DNA from: Phycisphaerales bacterium JB043
GTDB taxonomy: Bacteria > Planctomycetota > Phycisphaerae > Phycisphaerales > UBA1924
Length of the DNA stretch: 64,000 nucleotides
Direction of reading: 5' to 3'
Assembly (NCBI GenBank): GCA_043101425.1
Contig: JBICIA010000003.1
Location: 1 to 64,000, forward strand
Of this stretch, positions 1 to 7,533 are shown in pieces. The translations under genes and the position numbers were made by a program. Every line of letters starts with the position of its first letter. Within the stretch, counting starts at the first letter, position 1. Under the pieces are notes generated by a model. It made no database searches. It saw only the letters and a program-made list of their open reading frames with translations, and was not told the origin of the DNA.

Positions 1-336
1 CGCCTCCGCGCCCTCGTCCGTCATCGTGATGATCCGGCGCCGACCGTCGCGCGGCGAGGGGCTTCTCCGGATGAGACCATTCCCCTCGAGGTCGCGCAGC
101 ATCCTGCTCACGTACCCCTGATCGAGCCCGAGCTGCTGCGCAAGCACCGAGGCCGTCGGCTCCGATTGGTGCGCGATCTCGAAGAGCAATCTGGCCTCGC
201 TGAGCGTGAACGGGCTCCCGAGCAACGATTCGTCGAGTATCCCTAGGTGCCTCGTGTAGAACCGGTTGAACGACCGCACGGACTCCACCTGTGATGAGAG
301 TGGCTTTGGAGCAGAGTCAAGAGCACTGGAATCCAT
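1..336 (-). CDS. MarR-family transcriptional regulator (5' part; C-terminus runs off window start)
   Basis: Minus-strand ATG at 336..334. Translation MDSSALDSAPKPLSSQVESVRSFNRFYTRHLGILDESLLGSPFTLSEARLLFEIA...GLDQGYVSRMLRDLEGNGLIRRSPSPRDGRRRIITMTDEGAEA is a typical MarR winged-helix pattern. Divergent from the enoyl-CoA hydratase gene. Confidence 0.7.
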   Translation of the reverse strand, partial: MDSSALDSAPKPLSSQVESVRSFNRFYTRHLGILDESLLGSPFTLSEARLLFEIAHQSEPTASVLAQQLGLDQGYVSRMLRDLEGNGLIRRSPSPRDGRRRIITMTDEGAEA

Positions 337-381
337 GTCCCGAGTGTAGATAATTGCATGCCAATGTCAATCAATTTGCTT

Positions 382-414
382 GACATAAGCAAATATTTTT
401 CCTACTACATACTC
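382..414 (+). promoter_or_regulatory. Putative sigma70-like promoter (TTGACA, 17-nt spacer, TACTAC/TACATA) ending a few nt before the hydratase ATG; possibly leaderless
   Basis: AT-rich 60 nt patch in an otherwise GC-rich window: ttgacataagcaaatatttttcctactacatactcATGATG. The -10-like hexamers are within 10 nt of the start codon. Confidence 0.3.
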
Positions 415-1236
415 ATGATGGCTCCTCAGACGCCCTCGGGCGAACCCCTCGTGCTGACCGAGCGCCTCGGCCAGGTGGCTCTCGTCACGCTGAATCGCCC
501 CGACTCGCTCAACGCGCTCTCGTCCGACCTCAGAGATGAGATCGCGTCGACATTCCAGGCCCTCACCGAATCCAGAGACATCCTCGGAGTGATCCTCACA
601 GGTCGCGGCAAAGCATTCAGCGCGGGGCTGGATCTCAAAGAACTCGCGCGCGCGATCGAGCAGTCCCAGCTCATCGATGCCGTCAGCGAGAACGAGATGA
701 TCCGCGCGATCAGGCGGTTCGATCGACCACTGATCGGTGCCATCAACGGGTTCGCGATCACGGGCGGGCTTGAGCTCGCGCTGGCCTGCGATTTTCTCGT
801 GGCGTCATCAAGCGCTCACTTCGCGGACACGCACACGCTGCTGGGCATCATGCCGGGCTGGGGGCTCAGCCAGCTCCTCCCGCGACGGATCGGGCTCGCT
901 CGCGCCATGGAGATGTCGTTCACCGCAAGATTCATCGACGCGCCGCTCGCCTACGATTGGGGGCTCGTCAATCACGTCGTCGATCACGACGCACTCCTGC
1001 CGACGTGCATCGAGATGGCGCAGCGCCTCACGCATGCCGATCGGCGGACGCTGCTCGAGCAGAAACGGGTGATGAGAGACGGCAGCTCGCTCGCACTCGA
1101 CGAGGGTCTCTCGATGGAAGCAGAGGCGAACCGCCGCATCGCATCGACACTGAGCGCCCGCACCATCGGGGCACGCAGGGAACTCATCCAGCAGCTGGCG
1201 CGACAACAGCTCAGCACACACAAGGGACAGCCATGA
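415..1236 (+). CDS. Enoyl-CoA hydratase/isomerase (crotonase fold)
   Basis: Hallmark motifs LNRPDSLNAL and GRGKAFSAGLDLKE, and FAITGGLELALACD. Start moved to the internal ATG at 415 (MMAPQ...) just after the promoter-like element. Confidence 0.9.
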   Translation: MMAPQTPSGEPLVLTERLGQVALVTLNRPDSLNALSSDLRDEIASTFQALTESRDILGVILTGRGKAFSAGLDLKELARAIEQSQLIDAVSENEMIRAIRRFDRPLIGAINGFAITGGLELALACDFLVASSSAHFADTHTLLGIMPGWGLSQLLPRRIGLARAMEMSFTARFIDAPLAYDWGLVNHVVDHDALLPTCIEMAQRLTHADRRTLLEQKRVMRDGSSLALDEGLSMEAEANRRIASTLSARTIGARRELIQQLARQQLSTHKGQP

Positions 1237-1541
1237 TCACTCGAAGCTGGCAAGGCACGACTCGCCCAAATCATGAAACGCTGTATGTCGAGCACCTGCA
1301 GCAGGACGTGATACCCGTGCTCGAGCGCATCCCGGGCTTTCTTGGCTGCACCATCCTCAGGCGACCACAAGGCGAGAGCTTCCAGTACCGAGTCGAGACG
1401 CGCTGGCAATCTCTCGAGACCATCAGAGCCTTCGCAGGGGCCGACATCACGCGCTCCGTCGTGCCACCCGAGGCGCAGGCGCACCTCAGCGAGTTCGACA
1501 CGTCCGCCGAGCACTGGGAGGTCGAGTGGCAGCGGGATTAG
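1233..1541 (+). CDS. Antibiotic-biosynthesis-monooxygenase (ABM/Dabb) domain protein
   Basis: ~102 aa protein MITRSWQGT...EHWEVEWQRD. ATG overlaps the upstream stop (ATGA), indicating translational coupling. Size and ferredoxin-like pattern are typical of ABM-domain proteins. Confidence 0.65.
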   Translation: MITRSWQGTTRPNHETLYVEHLQQDVIPVLERIPGFLGCTILRRPQGESFQYRVETRWQSLETIRAFAGADITRSVVPPEAQAHLSEFDTSAEHWEVEWQRD

Positions 1542-1544
1542 AAC

Positions 1545-2501
1545 TCATCCCACGAGGCCTCGTACTCGCTCGAGGGTGGCGAGATACTCCTCATTGGAAT
1601 GATCGGTCATCTCGCACGCTCGTTGGGCCGCCTTGAGCGCCCACTTCAGATGCGCGGGCTCGCCCGCCAGCCCATCAAGAATTGTCACAGCGAAAGTGTT
1701 CAGTGCGTCCGGATCAACAGAAAAGCCGGCGTCGAACAGCTCGCGCGCGTACTCGTCCGCCAGCCGAACTCCATCCTGGTGCTCGCTGCTGGCAAGCGAC
1801 ACGTAGAAGCCGCCACCCAACGCGTCATAGTGACCTGGGTAGGCAGCAACACATTGGATGAAAGCCTCGCCCGCGCGTTGGTGCTCACCCTTGGCGCTGG
1901 CCTTGAACGCCGTATCGAGAAACGCATTCGCACGGCGCAGCTTACGGTGCCTATCCGCCTCTGCCTCGAGGTCGAAGGTGCCATCCAGGATCTCTGCGAG
2001 CGCCTTCTCCATGCCCATATTCGTGAAGCCGATCCACGCGAGGCGACCCTCGCGATCGATAATGGCCGAGGCCGGGAGCCCGAGGCCGTGGAGCTCGGTG
2101 ATGTAGGCCTGCATTGCAGAGTCACTGATGTCCTCCGCGATCGCGTACTCGACGTCGGGCAGTGAGTCGTTCGTTGCGCGATCGTGCAGGAAAGCTTCTA
2201 CACTCGGCGCTGAATCTCTGGGCCAAACATGGACACCAATGATGACGAGGCCGTCATCCCTGTGTTTCGAGGCGAGTTCGTTGTTGCTCGGAATGAGCGC
2301 AAGGCATGGAAGGCACCAGGTCGACCAGAACTCGAGTAGGTACACGTTACCGGGCTCGAAAGTCTCAATCGGTTCCCCTCGATGCCAGACGACGTCCCCG
2401 AGTGGGGGAGCGGGCGAGCCGACGCCGTAATCGCTCGAGGACGTGACGTCGGAGCCAAGGCTGATTGCCGAGATCGCGACCAACTGGGTGATTGCATTCA
2501 T
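1545..2501 (-). CDS. TlpA/ResA-like thiol-disulfide oxidoreductase with C-terminal helical extension
   Basis: WCLPC active-site motif (LLEFWSTWCLPCLALIP). N-terminal signal-like segment MNAITQLVAISAISLG. Start chosen at the MNAITQ methionine. Confidence 0.8.
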   Translation of the reverse strand: MNAITQLVAISAISLGSDVTSSSDYGVGSPAPPLGDVVWHRGEPIETFEPGNVYLLEFWSTWCLPCLALIPSNNELASKHRDDGLVIIGVHVWPRDSAPSVEAFLHDRATNDSLPDVEYAIAEDISDSAMQAYITELHGLGLPASAIIDREGRLAWIGFTNMGMEKALAEILDGTFDLEAEADRHRKLRRANAFLDTAFKASAKGEHQRAGEAFIQCVAAYPGHYDALGGGFYVSLASSEHQDGVRLADEYARELFDAGFSVDPDALNTFAVTILDGLAGEPAHLKWALKAAQRACEMTDHSNEEYLATLERVRGLVG

Positions 2502-2710
2502 AATCAGGCTTGCTCCGTTCGATGCGCTGACAGGTATTCTGCACACGAAAAAGGCGCAGAAATTCTCCAGTATTTGAATGATGGGGGCTCACGGATCTAT
2601 TCCATAGGTTTCGAGTAATTGGCTCTCAGGCCGCGCTCGAGCGGACCCGGGAAGAGACCTCGGGTTCGTGGCCGCTGGCAACAGCCTCGCGCTCCACCTG
2701 GCAGCATGCA

Positions 2711-3439
2711 CTAGTGGTCGGGTCTGCGTGTGATCTCGTCACGAATATCTCGAAGTAATGCTCGCTGCCGGGCAGTCCATACATTCCGCCGGGCTGTGCC
2801 TTCTTCGTCTCCCAATCCGGTGCTGCGTGAACTCCGAACGCGGCTCATGACGAGCTCGCAGATTTCTTCTGGGTTTTCGATGCCTTGCATGATGGCCTTG
2901 TTTCCGGCAGCGTGAGCATTCATTCCTTCATGATTCGTCGCGCCAGCAGTCTCAACAACAATAGTGGAGATTTTAAATAATTGTTGTATGGGACCGCGTT
3001 CTATATATACATCCTGCACATTCTCGAATGTAATAGTGTGCTCCAGAATCTCCCAGATCCCTCTTCTCAGATGCAGACTTCGTTCGGTCATCACGTACCA
3101 CATCGTGTCGTACTTGAGATGGACAGCGACATACACGACGATGTCAGGTAAGACCGCCACGGCGATCGCGGGGGCGGCAAGAAACCACGCCAGTGTCTGA
3201 TTCTGGGTGTAGAGAATTATCCAACCGGCGAGAATCAGAACATCGCTGACGATTGCTGCGATCCAGAAATAGGCTTTCAGGTACGACAAATAACGATGTG
3301 ACGGATGGAATGTGCGGATCAATGCCCCAGGAGTGGAGGGAAGAGTGGGGGGACTGCTGGGGATCGCGAAACATCTGGAGAGGGTTGCCCACACACCCCT
3401 GTACACCCACTCGGTCGAGTGTTTCATGGGATTGGTCAC
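2711..3439 (-). CDS. Membrane protein with bacterial PH (bPH_2) domain, YdbT-like
   Basis: Two TM helices followed by YVMTERSLHLRRGIWEILEHTITFENVQDVYIERGPIQQLFKISTIVVETAG, typical of bPH_2/DUF304. 4-bp overlap with the upstream ydbS-like gene. Confidence 0.65.
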   Translation of the reverse strand: MTNPMKHSTEWVYRGVWATLSRCFAIPSSPPTLPSTPGALIRTFHPSHRYLSYLKAYFWIAAIVSDVLILAGWIILYTQNQTLAWFLAAPAIAVAVLPDIVVYVAVHLKYDTMWYVMTERSLHLRRGIWEILEHTITFENVQDVYIERGPIQQLFKISTIVVETAGATNHEGMNAHAAGNKAIMQGIENPEEICELVMSRVRSSRSTGLGDEEGTARRNVWTARQRALLRDIRDEITRRPDH

Positions 3440-3978
3440 GACGGACTATCTCCCGTGGAACGTCTCGTGCGAAGCTCATCCCGGATTTCAAGCAAGAGGC
3501 TTGTTATCTCGTTGTGTTCTTCTTCTTGATCAGGCCCTGCCTCTTCCTGGTTTCGTGCCCCTCGCATCCGCTCGTAAAGAAAATCGCGCAGCCCTTCCGG
3601 ATCGCTCATGCCCTCGATTCTCATCGTGGCGCCACTGGCTCCCGAGGCTGTCTGGATAGGCACTTTTGCCAACCCCAACCAACGCTCGAGAAGGTTCCTG
3701 GTCATATGGATGTCCTGGAGTCGCCTGTAGGAAAGACGGACTTCTTTGTGAAAGAAGTACCCCCATGACATGGAAACACCGGTGTCGTCGAATCGGTACC
3801 GCATCGTTTTGAAACGGATAAGGAGAGGGATATACACAAATGGGAATGCGACAGGAATCAAGAGCGACAGTATGAGGTAGTAACGATGCAGCCTTGGAAC
3901 GGGCCTGCTGATAGCTCTGGCGTCGAATACCGCTGGCGTTTCCGTATTATCGAGTGTGTCGGATTCGTATGGCACCAC
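3436..3978 (-). CDS. Membrane protein with bPH_2 domain, YdbS-like
   Basis: TM pair then RYRFDDTGVSMSWGYFFHKEVRLSYRRLQDIHMTRNLLERWLGLAKVPIQTASG. Pairs with the following gene as in ydbS-ydbT operons. Confidence 0.65.
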   Translation of the reverse strand: MVPYESDTLDNTETPAVFDARAISRPVPRLHRYYLILSLLIPVAFPFVYIPLLIRFKTMRYRFDDTGVSMSWGYFFHKEVRLSYRRLQDIHMTRNLLERWLGLAKVPIQTASGASGATMRIEGMSDPEGLRDFLYERMRGARNQEEAGPDQEEEHNEITSLLLEIRDELRTRRSTGDSPS

Positions 3979-4071
3979 AGGTCACTCAGCCTTGCATACG
4001 TCAGAAGCAGTAGCGGGCACTGTCTCTTCTGCTTTCCTCAGAGAGACTGTAACGCACGGAAACATGTAATA

Positions 4072-4114
4072 CCCCAGATAAAAAACACAGCCCGCCTCTG
4101 AGGAGGAGGCGGGC
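4072..4114 (-). terminator. Rho-independent terminator (minus strand)
   Basis: Minus strand reads GCCCGCCTCC-TCCTCAG-AGGCGGGC followed by TGTGTTTTTTATC. It lies ~360 nt downstream of the mraZ stop. Confidence 0.6.
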
Positions 4115-4477
4115 CGTGCTGCTCCGAGTGCAAAGAGGCTCGGAACGGGTGGTGGTGGGACGGGGTGTCCTGTCGGCGTTGGCACCCATCCCCCGGAGAT
4201 GGATGCCGCCGCCATTCAAACGGTGCGACGCGCGCTGGCGCGCCGCATCGTTGCGATCGTGTCCCGCGTCCGTGCGGCATCACACATCGGCGCGTCCATG
4301 CGCCTCGAGGACCCAACCCCTGGTCCTCTGCCGCGTTGGTGGGCGGGCACGCCCGCGTCAGTCGAACCAGCACGTGTCGGCCATCCGTGACCCCGCGTGC
4401 CGGCGCCCCGCGTCCGTGCGGGGCCTTGGATCGTTCAACCCCTCTCGTTGTCGTTTCCGACAGCGAGGGGAGACCTC

Positions 4478-4972
4478 TCACTCACCTCCAGACGGGGTGT
4501 CTGCACCCATCCCACCCCGCTGGGAGCGTCGCTTCATCTCCACGCGCTTCATCAGCTCGGGGAGCTGCTGCAAACGCGTCGGGATGCTCCGCTTCCACTC
4601 GTCTCGATCGCGGACCTCCAGCCAGTCGCCCGCTCCGATCAGGACGACTGTGCTGTGCAGGCCCGCCAGTTCCAGCAGCTCGTCCGGGAGTCGCACCCGA
4701 CCCGACGCGTCCAGCTCCAGCCGGCGCGTCAACCCGAACAGCGTCGTGTTCAGTTCTGCGATGTCCTCGTCCGGCGTCAGGTCCGAGGAGTAGGACGTCG
4801 CGCGGGTCCGAAAACCCGTCTCTGTATAGAGCCGAATGATCCTGCCGATCCAGGGCACCGCGAACCACGCGTGCCCGTCCCGCTCGAGGCTCCAGAGCGA
4901 GCGGATCTCGGCGGGAATCGCCAGACGACCCTTCGCGTCGATCGAATGCTCGTAGTGACCTGTGAATAGCAC
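4478..4972 (-). CDS. mraZ: Transcriptional regulator MraZ
   Basis: Duplicated MraZ fold. First repeat MLFTGHYEHSIDAKGRLAIPAEIR, second repeat LDASGRVRLPDELLELAGL. Size 164 aa. Confidence 0.85.
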   Translation of the reverse strand: MLFTGHYEHSIDAKGRLAIPAEIRSLWSLERDGHAWFAVPWIGRIIRLYTETGFRTRATSYSSDLTPDEDIAELNTTLFGLTRRLELDASGRVRLPDELLELAGLHSTVVLIGAGDWLEVRDRDEWKRSIPTRLQQLPELMKRVEMKRRSQRGGMGADTPSGGE

Positions 4973-5020
4973 GCAGCACGTCTCGACCCTTTCCGAGCCA
5001 CAATCGACTCGGTTGCGGGA

Positions 5021-5045
5021 AATTACCCCACTTCACCCCACAACA
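5021..5045 (-). promoter_or_regulatory. Putative MraZ operator: direct GTGGGG repeats at 10-bp spacing upstream of mraZ
   Basis: Minus strand reads GTGGGGTGAAGTGGGGTAAT 50-70 nt upstream of the mraZ ATG. Known MraZ boxes are TGGG-type direct repeats with 10-nt periodicity. Confidence 0.4.
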
Positions 5046-5222
5046 CAACACCCTTCCGTCAGATTGACGTAAAAGCACCCGAATGGGGTATTACCTGTGG
5101 ATAAACCCACGTTTTTTCCACATTCGAATATGGGAGACAAAGGCACCATTTCGGGGTAGGTTGGACCTGGAGAGAACGGGTGGGGGGCGTGCCCTACGCC
5201 CAACGGAGAGAGGGTCCGTGAC

Positions 5223-5744
5223 ATGTCGGATGTGTGCTTTGAGTCGTTGGCGCCAGCCTTGGGTGTCGAGTCGTCGATCGAGTTTGCGATGGCGTCGCAG
5301 TTCGGTGACGCGCACGGGGTGATCGTGGTGACGCGTGTGCAGATGTGCTGCGTGGAGCCGCCGATGGTGGCGGTCGCGATCCGCAAGGGTCGTCCGATCG
5401 AGCCGATCATCCGCGACGCGCGCTCGTTCAGTCTGTCGCGTCTTGATCCGAGTGACGTGTACACGTCGCGCAAGCTGCGCACGCTCGACGAGCACGAGGA
5501 GGATCCGCTGGGGCTGATCCGCACGGACACGATCGTGTCCGGCGCGCCGTGCCTGGTCCGATCGCCCGCGGTGCTCGATTGCGAGGTGACCCGTCACTTC
5601 GATCTCGAGGGCGACCACGCGCTGTACGTCGGCGAGGTGCTGGCGATCCGCACGTCCGAGGTCACGCACGTCTATCGTGAGCAGATCGAGGAGCAGGACG
5701 AGGACGCGAGCATGATCGCTGCCTCGGAGTTCAGCGCCGCCTGA
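5223..5744 (+). CDS. Flavin reductase-like (FMN-binding split-barrel) domain protein
   Basis: Pattern GVIVVTRV...PPMVAVAI...DHALYVGEVLAI is typical of the flavin reductase family. Confidence 0.8.
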   Translation: MSDVCFESLAPALGVESSIEFAMASQFGDAHGVIVVTRVQMCCVEPPMVAVAIRKGRPIEPIIRDARSFSLSRLDPSDVYTSRKLRTLDEHEEDPLGLIRTDTIVSGAPCLVRSPAVLDCEVTRHFDLEGDHALYVGEVLAIRTSEVTHVYREQIEEQDEDASMIAASEFSAA

Positions 5745-5824
5745 TCGCGAGACAAACACGCACCGGACGCCACGTCGAGGACGTGTGCCGGTGCGTGCGG
5801 AAGTGACCTGAGTCAATCAGCGTT

Positions 5825-7393
5825 TCAGTTGTTCGAGTCGGCTGACTCCTGCTGTCGGACCATCTGGTCGAGCATGGTGCCGATGAGGGCTGTCGTCTCG
5901 GCGTCGCTGGATGAGCCGTTCTCTCCGACGACCATCACGCGCGGCGTGATCTGGATGCCACGCTCGCCCACGATCTTGAGCAGCTCGATCATGGCGGCGT
6001 TGCCGCGCCCGATCTGCTGGGCGATGACGCGGAACGCCTCGGCCTGCGCCTGCGCCTCGATGGAGATCTGCTCGGCCTGCGCCTGGGCGGCGATGATCTG
6101 CTGCTGCTTGGCCTGTTCGGCGATCTGAACCTCGTACTGCGCGGTGGCGAGGCGTTTCTCCTCCTCGGCCTCCTGCTCGGTGCGTGTGAGCGCCTTGCGC
6201 TGCTCGGCGGCGCGCTGCTGCTCCTGGAAGGTGATCTGCTGCTGGAGTGCGATCTCGCGGTCGGTCTGCGTCTTGAGCAGCTCGCCCAGTGTCTGCTCGT
6301 TGCCGACGTCGCCGATGCGCACGCCCGTAACAGTCACGCCGAAGGGCTGCATCTGGCTCGAGATGGCTGACAGCGAGGAGGCCTCCTGAGAGGATCGCTG
6401 CTGGACGTAGTCGAGTGCCTTCTCGCTCTCGGCGTTGTTTCGGAAGACGGAGCGGACGACGGAGTTGAGTCGCTCCTGGAGTCGTGTGCCGTCGTCGCGG
6501 AAGTTGGCGACGACGACGGGTGCGTCCTCGGGTCTGATGAGGTACTCGATGCGCACGTCGACGGGGAAGGTGAAGCCGTCGGAGGATCGGACGGTGATCT
6601 CACGCTGCTCTCCGTCGCCCGTGGCGCGGGCGCCGGCGGTGTAGCGGATGGTGCGCATGTCGGTCGAGATGACGGTGACCTCGTAGGCCTTTGTGTTGAG
6701 GTAGAGCTTCTGCGGCTCGAAGGGGACGTTCCATATGCCGCGTTGTCCTCGGGCGACGAGATGGCCGGCGGTCTGGACGTCGGCAGAGGCGGGCCCCACG
6801 TTGGACTTCACGACGCCGACGGTCGCCTTCTGGATGTTGGTCACGTTGACGCGCTCGATGGCGTAGAGCTTGGGGTTAATCCTGTACTTTCCCGGCGTGA
6901 GGACGGATGTCTGCGGGCCCTTGTAGCCGTTGCCATCGCTGAGGAAGTACTCGGCGTTGAGCATGTTCTGGAACTCGCTCTCCGACCACTCGGGGGCGAA
7001 GACCTCTCCCGCGGGGAGGGGCTTGCCGTCGAGTGCGGTGATGAGGCCGACCTCGTCCTGGCCGATGGTGACGACGGGCGACTGCTCGATCTCGTAGATG
7101 AAGGGCCAGAGCCAGGGATGCCAGCCCGGGGGGAGGATCCTGGCCTGCGGGCCCTTCTCGCCGCCGGTCGCGATGATCTGCCCTTCGGGGAGCGATGTGG
7201 TGCCGACGTTCTTGATGACCACGCCGATGGAGTCGTCGCCGACGAGTCGGAACGACGAGAGCGTGAACGCGATCAGCAGCACGACGACCGCGCCGAGCAC
7301 CGATGGGAGTCGCAGTGGCTTTGGCGTCTTTGGGATCGAGACGAGTATCCCGATGGCGATGAAGACACCGAGCATGAGAATGATGGCAGACAT
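5825..7393 (-). CDS. SPFH/band-7 (flotillin-like, YqiK family) membrane protein
   Basis: N-terminal TM, SPFH core, then a long EA-rich coiled coil (QQQITFQEQQRAAEQRKAL...AQAQAEQISIEAQAQAEAF). RBS AAAGGAGGG precedes the ATG. Confidence 0.85.
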   Translation of the reverse strand: MSAIILMLGVFIAIGILVSIPKTPKPLRLPSVLGAVVVLLIAFTLSSFRLVGDDSIGVVIKNVGTTSLPEGQIIATGGEKGPQARILPPGWHPWLWPFIYEIEQSPVVTIGQDEVGLITALDGKPLPAGEVFAPEWSESEFQNMLNAEYFLSDGNGYKGPQTSVLTPGKYRINPKLYAIERVNVTNIQKATVGVVKSNVGPASADVQTAGHLVARGQRGIWNVPFEPQKLYLNTKAYEVTVISTDMRTIRYTAGARATGDGEQREITVRSSDGFTFPVDVRIEYLIRPEDAPVVVANFRDDGTRLQERLNSVVRSVFRNNAESEKALDYVQQRSSQEASSLSAISSQMQPFGVTVTGVRIGDVGNEQTLGELLKTQTDREIALQQQITFQEQQRAAEQRKALTRTEQEAEEEKRLATAQYEVQIAEQAKQQQIIAAQAQAEQISIEAQAQAEAFRVIAQQIGRGNAAMIELLKIVGERGIQITPRVMVVGENGSSSDAETTALIGTMLDQMVRQQESADSNN

Positions 7394-7482
7394 TGATGCC
7401 CTCCTTTAGCAGTTGGGTTGTGTGGCACGAACCACCGCCACGTCTGTCTTCTGGTTGGGATTGTACCCGCGCGGTTTTGTGT

Positions 7483-7520
7483 GCGACGTGTCCGGGTTCG
7501 GGGGTGATCGGACACGTCGC
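7483..7520. other. Perfect 12-bp inverted repeat (GCGACGTGTCCG N14 CGGACACGTCGC)
   Basis: Seen directly between the ubiD-like stop and the flotillin promoter region. No T-run follows on either strand. Confidence 0.5.
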
Positions 7521-7533
7521 GCGGCGCACTGAG

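Noticed and set aside
4115-4478. RNase P RNA or tmRNA identity for the mraZ-downstream structured region
   Set aside because: Conserved RNase P (GGAAAGUCCGGGC, ACAGAACCCGGCUUA) and tmRNA (tag peptide ORF, 3' CCA context) signatures not found. Kept only as a generic ncRNA or 3' UTR candidate.
4038-4481. 147-aa ORF downstream of mraZ reading through the terminator hairpin
   Set aside because: R/G/P-rich with no GC3 periodicity. It passes through a strong terminator stem-loop. Treated as non-coding.
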